A stretch of 64,000 bases of DNA, from the NCBI GenBank assembly GCA_963796685.1, contig CAWCMR010000011.1, positions 64,001-128,000 of the forward strand. Direction: 5' to 3'. Numbering within the stretch: position 1 is the stretch's first letter; each line of letters begins with the position of its first letter. The DNA is from an uncultured delta proteobacterium (GTDB lineage: Bacteria > Myxococcota_A > Polyangia > Fen-1088). The notes under the pieces were generated by a model. It was not told the DNA's origin. It worked only from the letters and a program-made list of their open reading frames with translations, and made no database searches. Below are positions 23,784 through 34,595 of the stretch, piece by piece. The translations under genes were made by a program, and so were the position numbers.

Positions 23784-25403
23784 TCATCGGTCCGTGCACG
23801 AGTAGCAGAGCTCGAAGCTCTTGTTGACAATGGGGAAGTCGGCGACGATCGACGTCTGGGCGGCGAGCGGGACCGCGGGCCAGTTGGCATAGCTCGGCGA
23901 GCGCAGGTGGTAGCGCTCGACCCGGCCCGCACCATCCACGCGCAGCCAATGGATCGCCGCCCCACGCGGGGACTCGATGGCGCAAAGGCCGATCCCCCAC
24001 GCCGGCAGGGCCTCGGGCATGGTGGCACGGATCGCGCCCGACGGCATGGCTTCGAGAAGGGCGCGGATGAGCCGCATCGACTCGCGCGCCTCGGCAGCGC
24101 GTACGTTCAGCCGAGCATGAACATCGCCCTCGGATTCGGTGGCGACCGCAACCGGCAGACCGCCCGCATAACCGGCGTGCGGGTGGTCGCGCCGGGCATC
24201 GCGGTCGATGCCGCAGGCGCGCGCAGCGACGCCGGTCACGCCCAGGGCGATCGCGTCCTCGGCCTGCAAGCGTCCGGTGGTGTCGAGGCGGTCGGTCAGC
24301 GAGGGATTGTTCTCGATGCGCTCCATCAGACTGGCGAGGGCTTCGGCGGTGGTGCCGAGCACGGCAGAGAGAGTCTTGGACAGCTCGGCCGTGAGATCGA
24401 GGCGAGCCCCGCCGGGCACCAGCAGTCCGCGCAAGAACCGGCTGCCCGTCAACTGTTCGCCCACCTGTTGCAGCGCCTCCTTCATGCGTGCGCCGGCCGA
24501 GGTGCCGTAGTGGTAGCTCGCGCCGGCCGTGATGTTGCCGATGTCGCCCACGTGGTTGTACAGCCGCTCGAGCTCGAGCGCGAGGGTGCGCAGGGCGCGC
24601 GCCCGAGGCGGCACGGCGACCCCGGCGATCTGCTCGGCCGCCTCGCAGAAGCCAAGCCCGTGCGAAACCGAGCACACCCCGCACACGCGCTCGGCGACGT
24701 AGAAGGCGTCGGCGATGGGCAGCCCCTCAATGCGTTTCTCGAGACCGCGGTGGGTATAGAAGAGGCGCGCCTCCAGGTTCAGGATCGACTCGCCGACCGT
24801 GCTCATGCGGAAGTGGCCCGGCTCGATGATGCCCGCGTGGATCGGCCCGACCGGCACCTCCATCACGCCCTCGCCCTCGACGACCAGGTGGGGAAACTCC
24901 TCGGCCGGCAGCACCGGCGGACGCGTGCTGGCGTCGAATCCCTTGCGCAGCGGAAAGACACCCTTGGGCCAACCATCGTGAACCACCAGCGGGCGCGGAT
25001 CGGGGTGCCCGGCGAAGACGATGCCGAAGAGATCCTGCGCTTCCCGCTCGTGCCAGTTGGCGGCGGGCGCTTGTGCGCAGAGCGACGGCAGCTCGGGGCG
25101 GTCCGGGTCGAGCGAAGCCACCACGGTGACGAAGGTGTCGGGCAAAGGCGGCGTGCCGGCCACGGGCTCGAACACGTAGCGCACCTTCAAATCCCTCTCG
25201 GGCAGGTCCCTCTCGGGCGTCGCGCTCTCGTCCGTCGCCACCAGGGTCGCCAGTCCCAGCCCCGCGGCGCGCAGCTCGGCCACGACGGCGCCCAGGTCCT
25301 CCGCGCGCGGGAGCCTGAGCGTGAGGTCCTGGGGGCGCGGGCCTGGACCGAGGCCGCCTCGCCCGGCCAACCGCGCGCTCAGGTCTTGCACGAGGGTGCC
25401 CAT
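23784..25403 (-). CDS. Group 4 [NiFe]-hydrogenase large subunit (NuoCD-like, HyfG/HycE)
   Basis: EREAQDLFG, GPIHAGIIEPGHF, L1 ERVCGVC, L2 NKSFELCYSCTDR*. Confidence 0.9.
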   Translation of the reverse strand: MGTLVQDLSARLAGRGGLGPGPRPQDLTLRLPRAEDLGAVVAELRAAGLGLATLVATDESATPERDLPERDLKVRYVFEPVAGTPPLPDTFVTVVASLDPDRPELPSLCAQAPAANWHEREAQDLFGIVFAGHPDPRPLVVHDGWPKGVFPLRKGFDASTRPPVLPAEEFPHLVVEGEGVMEVPVGPIHAGIIEPGHFRMSTVGESILNLEARLFYTHRGLEKRIEGLPIADAFYVAERVCGVCSVSHGLGFCEAAEQIAGVAVPPRARALRTLALELERLYNHVGDIGNITAGASYHYGTSAGARMKEALQQVGEQLTGSRFLRGLLVPGGARLDLTAELSKTLSAVLGTTAEALASLMERIENNPSLTDRLDTTGRLQAEDAIALGVTGVAARACGIDRDARRDHPHAGYAGGLPVAVATESEGDVHARLNVRAAEARESMRLIRALLEAMPSGAIRATMPEALPAWGIGLCAIESPRGAAIHWLRVDGAGRVERYHLRSPSYANWPAVPLAAQTSIVADFPIVNKSFELCYSCTDR

Positions 25404-25407
25404 CGCA

Positions 25408-26884
25408 TCAGCCAAGGATGATCTCCGTCGCGCGTGTCAGCACCCGGTCGAGGTGCATCGGCATGGTCACGCCCAGCAGCACCATGACCAGGGCGAGCAG
25501 CAGGGCCCCGAACAGGGGCGAGGGCGCCTCGCGCCCGCGATCCGCGGTCTTGTCCGCCTCGCCAAATACCATTTGACCCACATGGTGAATCAGTCCCGCG
25601 AAGATGACCACCACCATGGCCAGGAACACCGCCACCATCACGTAGCGACCGGTGCCAAGGCCCGCGCGCAAGATGATGAGCTCGCTGATGAAGATGGAGA
25701 AGGGCGGTGTCCCGGCCAACGAGAAGGCGCCCATGAGCAGGAGGGTCGCGGCCAAGGGCGCGATGTGAAGGAAACCTTTCATCAGGCGCATGTCGCGTGT
25801 GCGATAGCGGCCGATGGCGTCGCCCGCGATGAGAAACACGAGGGCCTTGGTGACGCCATGGTTGATCACGTGCAGCAGGGCCCCGTAGGTGCCAAGCTTG
25901 CCGCCGAATCCGAGCCCGAGCGCGATGATGCCGACGTGCTCGACGCTGTGGTAGCCGAGCAGGCGCTTGAGATCGTGTTGGACGATGATGAAGGGCGTGG
26001 CCACGACGACCGAGATCAAGCCGAACAGGAGCAGCAACCCCTGGCTGAAGTCGGCGCCGCACGCCCCGCGCGCCAGGGTGTGAAAACGGATGATTCCGAA
26101 CAGGGCGCACTTGATGAGCGCCCCGGAGAGCAAGGCCGAAACCGGGGTGGGCGCCTGGCTGTGGGCGTCGGGCAGCCACATATGGACCGGGGCCAGGCCG
26201 GCCTTGGTCCCGTAACCCACCACCACGAAGATGAAGGCGATGCGGATGAAGCCGGGGTCGAGCTTGGGCGCGATGGCGGCGATGCTGGAATAGTTCATGG
26301 CCCCGGCGAACACGCCGTGCTGCGCGTGCACGGCGGCGCCGTACACCAGCACGGTGCCGAACAGGCCGAAGGAAATGCCGATGGTGGTGACGATGATGTA
26401 TTTCCACGCCGCCTCGAGGCCGTGCTTGTCGCCGTGGAATCCGACCAAAAGCGCCGAGGTGATCGTCGTGCCTTCCATGGCGATCCACAGGATGCCAAGG
26501 TTGTCCGCCAGCACCGTGACCAGCATGGTCGCGATGAAGCCGTGGACGAGGGCATAGTAGTAGCGCAGCCGTTCGGCGCGCATTTGTCCGCGCGCGAAGC
26601 TCCTGGCGCATCCATCCCACCGTGGCCACGGACACGGCCAGCGCCAGCAGGCCGATGAGCAGCAGGAACAGCACCGAGACCTCGTCGGCGCGAAAGGTGC
26701 CAAGCGCGCCGAATGGCCCGGTCGCGGAGACTTTGCGGGCGATGGCCACCACTAGGCCGAAGACCGCCAACGATCCCCCGACGTCGAGCGCCGCCAGCAA
26801 GCGGCGGTCGCGCAAGAGCAACATGGCCACGCCGATGAGCAGCGGAACCAAGGGCGTGAGCCACAAGAGATTCGAGGTCATCAT
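25408..26884 (-). CDS. hyfF: Hydrogenase-4 subunit F-like antiporter subunit (frameshift near 26595)
   Basis: WIAMEGTT, EAAWKY, GYGTKAGLAPVHMWLPDAHSQAP; N-terminus lies in the adjacent frame. Confidence 0.8.
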
Positions 26885-26915
26885 TCCCTACCAATCATTC
26901 CTTACCAATCATCGC

Positions 26916-27572
26916 TTACCCCTTGAGGCTCTCCAGATCGGCGATGTCGGTGTCGACGCTGGAACGCACGCGCAAGACCAGGATGCCCATGACCAGCGCG
27001 CCCAGCACCACGTCGAGGATCACGCCGATCTCGATGATGAGCGGCATGCCCTGGCTGATGGCCATGGCGGTGAAGAAGATGCCGTTCTCCGAGGCGAAGA
27101 GGCCCACCATCTGAACCAGGGCCTTGCGTCGAGAGGCCATCACCAGCACGCCGAGCAAGATCAGGGCGATGCCCACCGGCAGGGCGTTGCCCGTGATCGC
27201 CTGCCTGACGGACCCCAACGAGGCGCTGAGGTGAAAGGCCAGGACGACGATGCCGGCGGCGAACAGCAGCGTGACGTTGATGGGAATCACCGGTTCGATG
27301 TCGCGCGCGATCTTGATTCGCTTCACCACCCGAATGAGCAGCCAAGGCAGGAGGATGGCTTTCACGACGATGGTGATCCCGGCGATGACCCACAAATCGA
27401 TATTGCCGGTGGCGGCGCCGAGAATGGCGCCGGCAACGCCCAGCAAGACCGCCTGGGCCGCCACGGCGTAGATGGCGCGGTAGAGCTGGCCGGAGGCGAG
27501 GATGAGCAACATGGTGAACAGGAGCAGCGCTCCCAGCACGTTGATGAGGCGGACCGCCAACAGCACGCTCAT
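26916..27572 (-). CDS. hyfE: Hydrogenase-4 subunit E-like membrane protein
   Basis: C-terminal part of ORF 26916..29885 from MSVLLAVR; QMVGLFASENG, ELGVILD-like motif; ATGA overlap. Confidence 0.8.
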   Translation of the reverse strand: MSVLLAVRLINVLGALLLFTMLLILASGQLYRAIYAVAAQAVLLGVAGAILGAATGNIDLWVIAGITIVVKAILLPWLLIRVVKRIKIARDIEPVIPINVTLLFAAGIVVLAFHLSASLGSVRQAITGNALPVGIALILLGVLVMASRRKALVQMVGLFASENGIFFTAMAISQGMPLIIEIGVILDVVLGALVMGILVLRVRSSVDTDIADLESLKG

Positions 27573-28519
27573 AGGATCCTCAGCGCCAGCGCCAAGAAGG
27601 CGCACACCAGGCCGAGCCCCAGAAATTGCGGCACGCGGAAGAAGCGCAGCTTGGCGTAGGACGACTCGACCACGGCCAGAAACGTCGCCAGGGCCAGCAC
27701 CTTGGCCGCGAAGGCCGCCAGCGCGAACCCGATGTCCGACGGGGCGAGGCCCGGGGCCAGGCCAAGCGGAAAGAACAGTGCCGCCACCAGGGTCAAGATG
27801 ACGAGCTGCTTGGTGTGGGTGGCCAGCACGATGCAGGCCAGTCCGGGGCCGGAGTGTTCGAGCAGCATGCCCTCGTGAAGCATGGTCAGCTCCAGGTGCG
27901 TGTCCGGGTTGTCGACGGGGATGCGCCCGGTCTCGGCCAGGGCCAGCACCAGCATGGCGAACAACGCGAGCAAGTCCGGCGCCTGCCAGGACAGCGCGGG
28001 AAGCGTCCCGCGCCGGGCCGCGAGCTCGCCGAGATCGGTGGTTCCGCCCGCCACCGCGACCGAGAAGACCGCCATCATCAACGCCGGCTCGACGAGCAAC
28101 CCCACGGTCATCTCGCGCGACGCCCCCATGCCGCCGAACGCGCCGCCGGCGTCGAGGGCCCCGATGGCGCACAGAAAGCGCGCCAAGCCGAGCAGGGCCA
28201 AGAGCAGGATGGCATCGCCCAGGGGCAACAGGGACGGCCCGGCCCCTGCCCACAGCACGGGCAGCATGGCCGTCGTCGTCAGCGTGGCAGCCAGCACCAG
28301 CACCGGGATGGCCCGAAAAAACGGACTGGCGGTGTCGCTTTGGACGGTTCCCTTGCGCAGCAGCTTGAGCAGATCGCGGTAGGGCTGCCACATGCTCGCC
28401 CCTTGCCGGCATTGCAGGCGCGCCTTGAGCTTCTGAATGAACCCGGTGACGAGCGGCCCCAGTAACACGAGCAGCCCTGCCTGGGCGAGTGTCTGGGCGA
28501 TGTGCGTGCCGGTCTCCAT
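27569..28519 (-). CDS. hyfC: NuoH/HyfC-like membrane subunit
   Basis: QPYRDLLKL, GASRE, ETGRIPVDNP..HLELTMLHE. Confidence 0.85.
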   Translation of the reverse strand: METGTHIAQTLAQAGLLVLLGPLVTGFIQKLKARLQCRQGASMWQPYRDLLKLLRKGTVQSDTASPFFRAIPVLVLAATLTTTAMLPVLWAGAGPSLLPLGDAILLLALLGLARFLCAIGALDAGGAFGGMGASREMTVGLLVEPALMMAVFSVAVAGGTTDLGELAARRGTLPALSWQAPDLLALFAMLVLALAETGRIPVDNPDTHLELTMLHEGMLLEHSGPGLACIVLATHTKQLVILTLVAALFFPLGLAPGLAPSDIGFALAAFAAKVLALATFLAVVESSYAKLRFFRVPQFLGLGLVCAFLALALRIL

Positions 28520-28522
28520 GGT

Positions 28523-30523
28523 CTACGCCTTCGCGAACAAGAGCAGCGCCACCACCAAGGTGACCAGCACGAACGCGATGTAGCCGTGGATGCGCCCGGT
28601 GCTGTAGACGCGGATACCGTGCGCGCCCGAGGTGATCCAGCGCTTGAGCCGCGCATAGAACACGGTTTCGGCCAAATCGACGACCTCGCCGGTGTAGCCC
28701 ATGCGCCGGATGTCGTAGACCGACGAGCCGGTTTCCTTGACGACCGCGCGGCGGGGCCGGTAGACGGCGGCGAAGATGAGGCGCAGCGGCTTGGCGAACG
28801 CGGTTGCGGTGTAGTCGAAGCGGCTGGTGGGCGTCATTCCGCAGGTCCACGTCGGCGCCAACCGGCGCGGGGCTTTGCGAGGCCAGCCGCGCAAGATCCA
28901 GGCGAGCACGGCGAACGCGCCAAGCAGCGCCGCGACCGCCGTGACCGAGATGGACGTCGATTCGAGGCCCGCGGGGGCGCCGCTGGCCGAGAGCACCAGG
29001 GGACCGCGCGCGGTGATCACGGCGCTGGCCCCGTAGCCGCCGAGCAGCTCGGCCGTGGGGCGATCGAGCAAGTGCATGGCGTAGCCGGGCGCCAACCCGA
29101 GCGCCACGCACAGGCCGGCAAGCAGCAGCATGCCGGCAATCATCGACGCCGGAGACTCCGTGGCATGCTCGGCGTGGGTGGTTCGCGGGCGGCCGAGAAA
29201 GGTCACGCCGAAGGCCTTGGCGAAACAAGCAGCGGCCAAGCCGCCGGTGAGCGCCAGCATGGAAGCGGCGACGCCCGCGAGCAGCCCCGACGCTCCACCC
29301 AGCTTCGCCCCGCCCAGGAGCAAGGCCTGGAAGGTCATCCACTCGCTCACGAAGCCGTTGAGCGGCGGCAGCGCCGAGATGGCGATGGCCCCGAGCAGGA
29401 ACAGCCACGCCGTCCACGGCATGCGCCGAGCGAGCCCGCCCAGCTCTTCCATGTTGCGCACGCCGGTCCCCTTGATCACGCTGCCTGCACCGAGAAACAG
29501 CAGGCCCTTGAAAGCCGCGTGGTTGAGCGTGTGCAGCAGCGACGCCGCCAGCGCCAGCGTCGCCAGCGGTTGGGCTGCTCGACCACCGCCAAGCAGCATC
29601 GCCACGCCCGCGCCGATCAGAATGATGCCCACGTTTTCCACACTGTGAAAGGCGAGCAGGCGCTTGAGGTCGTGCTGCTGCAGGGCCAGCAGAACGCCCA
29701 GCACGGCGGACACGCTGCCAAGCAGCAGCACGGTCCAGCCCCAGGATGCCGGCAGCGGCCCGCGCTCGGGCGCCAGCAGGTCGAAGGCGAAACGGAAGAG
29801 GCCATAGATGGCCACCTTCAACATGACCCCGGACATGAGCGCCGAGGCGTGGCTGGGCGCGGCCGGGTGTGCCTTGGGCAACCACACGTGCAGCGGTACG
29901 ACGCCTGCCTTGGCTCCGAAGCCGAACAGGGCCAGCATGAACAGGGTCGTGCGCGCTCCCTCGTGCAGGCCGTGCCCCGCCGCCCGCAGCGCGGCGAAGT
30001 CGAAACCCTGCGCGCGCTCCGCCAGGCTGAGGAACACCACCAGCAGCGCCGCGGTCCCGGCGTGCGCCATGACCAGGTAGAGCAACCCGGCCCGGGCGTT
30101 CTCTTCACTGCGCGTGTCGCAGACCACCAGCACGTAGCTTGCCAGGGTCATTCCCTCCCAGGCGAGGAGGAAGGTCATTGCGTCGCCCGCGCAGCACACG
30201 AGCGCCATGCAAACCACGAAGCCACCCAGCGCGACCGTTTGCACGAGGGGTGCCTTGGCGTGCGTGCTCAGATACGACGGCCCGTAGATGGCGGCGGCGC
30301 CTGTCACCAGCGCAACGACCAGAAGAAAGAACGCCGACAGACCATCCACCGAGAGGGACATCTCTGCGAAGGGAAAGAGCCGCGGCAGCCCAATCTGAAT
30401 CGGCAGCCCGTCCTTCGCCGCCAGCACTTGCAGCGCCACGGTCGCCGCCGCCGCCGCCCCGGTCAGAATCGACAGATGTCCCAGCCAAACCAACACGCGA
30501 ACCAGAGGCCGATGACCCTCCAT
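28523..30523 (-). CDS. hyfB: HyfB-like proton-translocating subunit
   Basis: WEGMTLAS, KAGVVPLHVWLPKAHPAAPSH, KRLLAFHSVEN, WTCG; start uncertain and N-terminus looks short. Confidence 0.85.
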   Translation of the reverse strand: MEGHRPLVRVLVWLGHLSILTGAAAAATVALQVLAAKDGLPIQIGLPRLFPFAEMSLSVDGLSAFFLLVVALVTGAAAIYGPSYLSTHAKAPLVQTVALGGFVVCMALVCCAGDAMTFLLAWEGMTLASYVLVVCDTRSEENARAGLLYLVMAHAGTAALLVVFLSLAERAQGFDFAALRAAGHGLHEGARTTLFMLALFGFGAKAGVVPLHVWLPKAHPAAPSHASALMSGVMLKVAIYGLFRFAFDLLAPERGPLPASWGWTVLLLGSVSAVLGVLLALQQHDLKRLLAFHSVENVGIILIGAGVAMLLGGGRAAQPLATLALAASLLHTLNHAAFKGLLFLGAGSVIKGTGVRNMEELGGLARRMPWTAWLFLLGAIAISALPPLNGFVSEWMTFQALLLGGAKLGGASGLLAGVAASMLALTGGLAAACFAKAFGVTFLGRPRTTHAEHATESPASMIAGMLLLAGLCVALGLAPGYAMHLLDRPTAELLGGYGASAVITARGPLVLSASGAPAGLESTSISVTAVAALLGAFAVLAWILRGWPRKAPRRLAPTWTCGMTPTSRFDYTATAFAKPLRLIFAAVYRPRRAVVKETGSSVYDIRRMGYTGEVVDLAETVFYARLKRWITSGAHGIRVYSTGRIHGYIAFVLVTLVVALLLFAKA

Positions 30524-30625
30524 GACGGTGGCGTCATCGTACTCCCATGCCGGCGCGTGTAAAGCGCGGGTTGGCGCATGTAACCTTTCGGCCCCGGAGA
30601 GGATCCAAACGGCAGGGAGCAAGCT

Positions 30626-31552
30626 ATGAGAAAGATGGCGCATCGCAATTGGGGGCGCGGCTTGGCGTGGATCGTCGCAAGCGCTTGGTTGGCTGCGTGT
30701 AGTAGCAGCGGCGGAGGCGGAGGCAGCGGAGGGGGATCCGGCGCGGGCGCGGGCGGGATGCCGGCCACGGGTGGCAGTCCGGCCGGCGAGGGTGGAAAGC
30801 TGGGCTCGGGTGGCAACACGGGAACCGGCGGGTCGCCTGGCACGGGAGGCACGATGACCGGGGCAGGCGGGTCGATGGCGATGGGTGTCGGCGGAACCAT
30901 GATGAACATGGGCGGTGCGACCATGGGTTCAGGCGGCACGATGATGAGCACTGGCGGCGTTCATGGCACTGGCGGCATGATGAACGCTGGCGGCGCGACC
31001 ATGGGTTCAGGCGGCATGATGATGAGCACGGGCGGCGTTCACGGCGCCGGCGGCATGACGAACGCTGGCGGTGCGACCATGGGTTCAGGCGGCATGATGA
31101 TGGGCACGGGTGGCGTTCACGGCTCTGGCGGCATGATGATGGGCATGGGCGGCGTTCACGGCTCAGGCGGCATGATGATGGGCATGGGCGGCATGACCGG
31201 CTCAGGGGGGGCTATTGGCCCGGATGCGGGCATGTCCTGCCACATGCCGGGCACGCTGATGGTCAGTGCGAGCGGCATGACCGCGTACGTGATCGACGGC
31301 GTCGACAACCCCGATCTCACGTTTTGCCGAGGAAGCACCTACGTCTTTGCCGTCAATGCCACGGGCCATCCTTTCTACATCAAGACCGTGCAAAGCACGG
31401 GCACCGGCAATGCGTACACATCCGGCGTTACCGGCAACGGCGTTACGAGTGGAAATCTCACCTTCGTGGTGCCGAGCAGCGCACCGGACACGCTCTTCTA
31501 CGATTGTGCCATTCACGCCGCCATGACCGGCACGATCCACATCGTCGACTGA
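30626..31552 (+). CDS. Lipoprotein with Met/Gly/His-rich repeats and C-terminal cupredoxin-like domain
   Basis: Lipobox WLAAC; repeats GGMMMxxGGVHG; GHPFY...YDCAIHAAM type-1 Cu ligand pattern. Confidence 0.75.
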   Translation: MRKMAHRNWGRGLAWIVASAWLAACSSSGGGGGSGGGSGAGAGGMPATGGSPAGEGGKLGSGGNTGTGGSPGTGGTMTGAGGSMAMGVGGTMMNMGGATMGSGGTMMSTGGVHGTGGMMNAGGATMGSGGMMMSTGGVHGAGGMTNAGGATMGSGGMMMGTGGVHGSGGMMMGMGGVHGSGGMMMGMGGMTGSGGAIGPDAGMSCHMPGTLMVSASGMTAYVIDGVDNPDLTFCRGSTYVFAVNATGHPFYIKTVQSTGTGNAYTSGVTGNGVTSGNLTFVVPSSAPDTLFYDCAIHAAMTGTIHIVD

Positions 31553-31711
31553 TTGCAATTCTTCAGTGCGGCCGTCGCTTGCCGATGCTCGACGGCCATG
31601 TGCGTTGGCGCGGCGCGAAGGGTGGACTTTTTCTGAGCCAAGCCCGGGTGCAAGAGCCACCATAGGATCGATCTCGGCGGCGACTGGACCACGCTGCCGC
31701 AAGCCGAATCT

Positions 31712-34517
31712 ATGGAGTATTGGATGACCGCACGCAGAGCTCTCGCACAACCAGCGTCGTTCCTGAGTAGACCGAACAGATCGATGGCCGTGGGCCTGGG
31801 CATGGCCGTCTTGATGGGTGGCTGTACGTCATCGACCGGAACGGGCGCAAACCACGACGCGGCGTCGGGTGGCGGTCAAAGCCTCGGCGGGCAGCCGTCG
31901 GGTGGCTCGGGCAGCGGTGGCACATCGTCAGCCGGTGGCGCAGGTGCCTTCGGCGGCGCCACGGGTACAGGCGGCGCGTCGGGCAGCGGTGGCAGATCGG
32001 CGAGCGGTGGCGCGACGAGCATGGGAGGCGCCTCGGCTGGTGGCGGCTCGGCAGGCACTTCGACAACCGGAGGCGGTGGCGGGAACCGGGACGCAGGGAC
32101 TGCGAACGGAGGCTCGGGCGGCGGTGCGGGCGCGACCAGCACGGGCGGCACCACGGCGACGGGCGGCGCGTCCGCCACGGGACCCTACGTGTGGAAGAGC
32201 GTTCGCACCGGCGCGGGCGGTGGCTTCATCGTCGACATCATCTTCAACCCCAAGCAGAAGGATCTCCATCTACGCCAAGACCGACATGGGCGGCGTGTAC
32301 CGCTTTCATCCGGCCGATGGTACCTGGATCCAACTGCTGGGCTGGGTGGGCCCGGACGACTGGGGCATCACCGGGGCCGAGAGCGTGGCGACCGACCCCG
32401 TGGATCCGACCCGCCTCTACATCGCGGGCGGAACCTACACCAACGGCTGGGATCCCAAGAACGGCGTGATCCTGCGCTCGACGGATCAGGGCAACACCTT
32501 CCAGATCACGCAGATGCCTTTCAAGATGGGCGGCAACATGCCGGGCCGGGGAATGGGCGAACGCCTGGCGGTCGATCCCAACAAGAACAGCATCCTCTAT
32601 TTCGGTGCGCGCGATGGCAACGGGCTGTGGAAGAGCACGGACTTCGGCGCGACCTGGAACAAGGTGGCCGGCTTCCCGGACAGCGGGCCCTACTGCGAGG
32701 ATGCGAGCGATACCAACGACTACCTGAATCACCCGGTCGGCATTCCATGGGTCATCTTCGATCCCGGCACCGGCAGCGCGGGTAACGCGACCCAGACGCT
32801 CTACGTGGGCGTTGCCGAGAACGGAAGCGGCAAGCCCAACCTCTTCCGCAGCACCGACGCGGGAGCATCCTGGGAAGCCATCCCGGGCCAGCCTACCTGC
32901 ACCGTGGCCGGGAACATCGTCACCTGCACCGGCGGTGCGACGTGGGACATGAGCAAGACCGGCGACGACGGAACCCTGCAATGGACCACCACGGGCTATT
33001 TGCCCAAGCAGGGCAAGCTCGATTCGGACGGCACCCTGTACGTCACGTACAGCAACTGGGATGGACCCTACAAGGGCAACGTCGGCGACGTGTGGAAGCT
33101 CGTGCCGGGCACGTCGACCTGGACGCAGATCAGCCCCGTGCTCGGCTCGAAGGCTCCGTCCGACCTGTGGTGGGGCTACGGCGGGCTCGGGGTGGACCTG
33201 CAGCACCCCGGCACCTTGGTGGTGGCGACGGTGAACTCGTGGTGGCCCGACGGCAATATCTTTCGCAGCACGGACGGCGGCGCGACCTGGAAGGCGCTGT
33301 GGGCCTGGTCGAGCTACCCGAGCCGGACCCTCAGCTACACCATGGACATCACCAGCGCGCCCTGGCTGAACCTGGGCGACACCAACCCCATCGAGCCGGT
33401 GCCCGCGGTCAAGATCGGTTGGATGATGGAGGGCATGAACATCGATCCGTTCGATTCCGACCGCATGTTGTACGGCACGGGCGCGACGCTCTATGGAACC
33501 ACCAACCTGACCCAATGGGACAGCGGTGGATCGATTGCCATCAAGAGCACCGCGGTCGGCATCGAGGAGACCTCGGTCCTGGGGCTGGTGAGCCCGCCGA
33601 GCGGCACGGCGCACCTCTTCAGCGTGGTGGGGGATGTCGGAGGGTGGCGGCACGACAGCCTGGATGCGCCGCCCGCCACCGTCTATGCGATCCCCTACTC
33701 GGGGACGTACAACGACATCGACTTCGCCGAAAGCAGCCCGACCTTCATGGTTCGCGTCGGCACGGGAAACCCCACTGCCTCGCCGTCCTACCACGGCACG
33801 GCCTTCACCTACGACGGAGGCGACAACTGGTTCGCGGGCAATTCCGATCCGGTGGATGGAAAGGGCGGCGGCACGGTCGCGGCCGCGGCGGACGCGAGTC
33901 GCGTGGTGTGGGCCGGTAGCGGCGCCCCAGCGTCCTATTCGACCGACAACGGCAATTCCTGGAAGGCGTGCGCCAACCTCCCGGACGACTCGACCGTGGC
34001 CTCGGACCGGGTCAACGCCCAGAAGTTCTACGGCTTCGGCGGCGGAAAGTTCTGGACCAGCAGCGACGGCGGCGCGACGTTCGTCGCCTCGTCGGCCACC
34101 GGCCTGCCCGACAGCGGGAAGATCAAGGCCGTGTTCGGCCACGAAGGCGAAGTTTGGCTGACGGGCGGAACCCAGACGAGCGGCGGCTCGACCGAGTGCA
34201 CGACGTGCGGGCTTTGGCGCACCACCGACTCGGGCGCGACCTTCACCCAGATCGCCGCCGTGTCCGGTGCCGAGGCCGTGGGCTTCGGCATGGCCAAATC
34301 CGGATCCGGCGCGCCGGCCGTCTACCTCGCCGGTACCGTGAGCGGCGTGCACGCCATGTTCCGCTCCGACGACGCCGGCGCGACCTGGACGCGCATCAGC
34401 GACGACCGACACCAATTCGCGACCATCCAGGTCATCATCGGTGACCCCCGCATCTACGGTCGCGTCTACGTCGGCACCAACGGCCTCGGCATCATGTACG
34501 GCGACCTCGCGCAGTAG
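31712..34517 (+). CDS. GH74 xyloglucanase, lipoprotein with Gly/Ser/Thr linker (frameshift near 32265)
   Basis: GGGFIVDIIFNP, YAKTDMGGVYR, GGNMPGRGMGERLAVDP, VGDVGG, GDPRIYGRVYVGTNG; BNR repeats. Confidence 0.88.
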
Positions 34518-34560
34518 CCGGCCGGCCTCACCTCGGGCCGTGGCCGACGGCAATTACAAT

Positions 34561-34595
34561 CGGCCACGGCCACGGCCACGGCCACGGCCACGGCC
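34561..34595. repeat. (CGGCCA)n microsatellite, about 5.8 units
   Basis: Direct reading. Confidence 0.9.
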
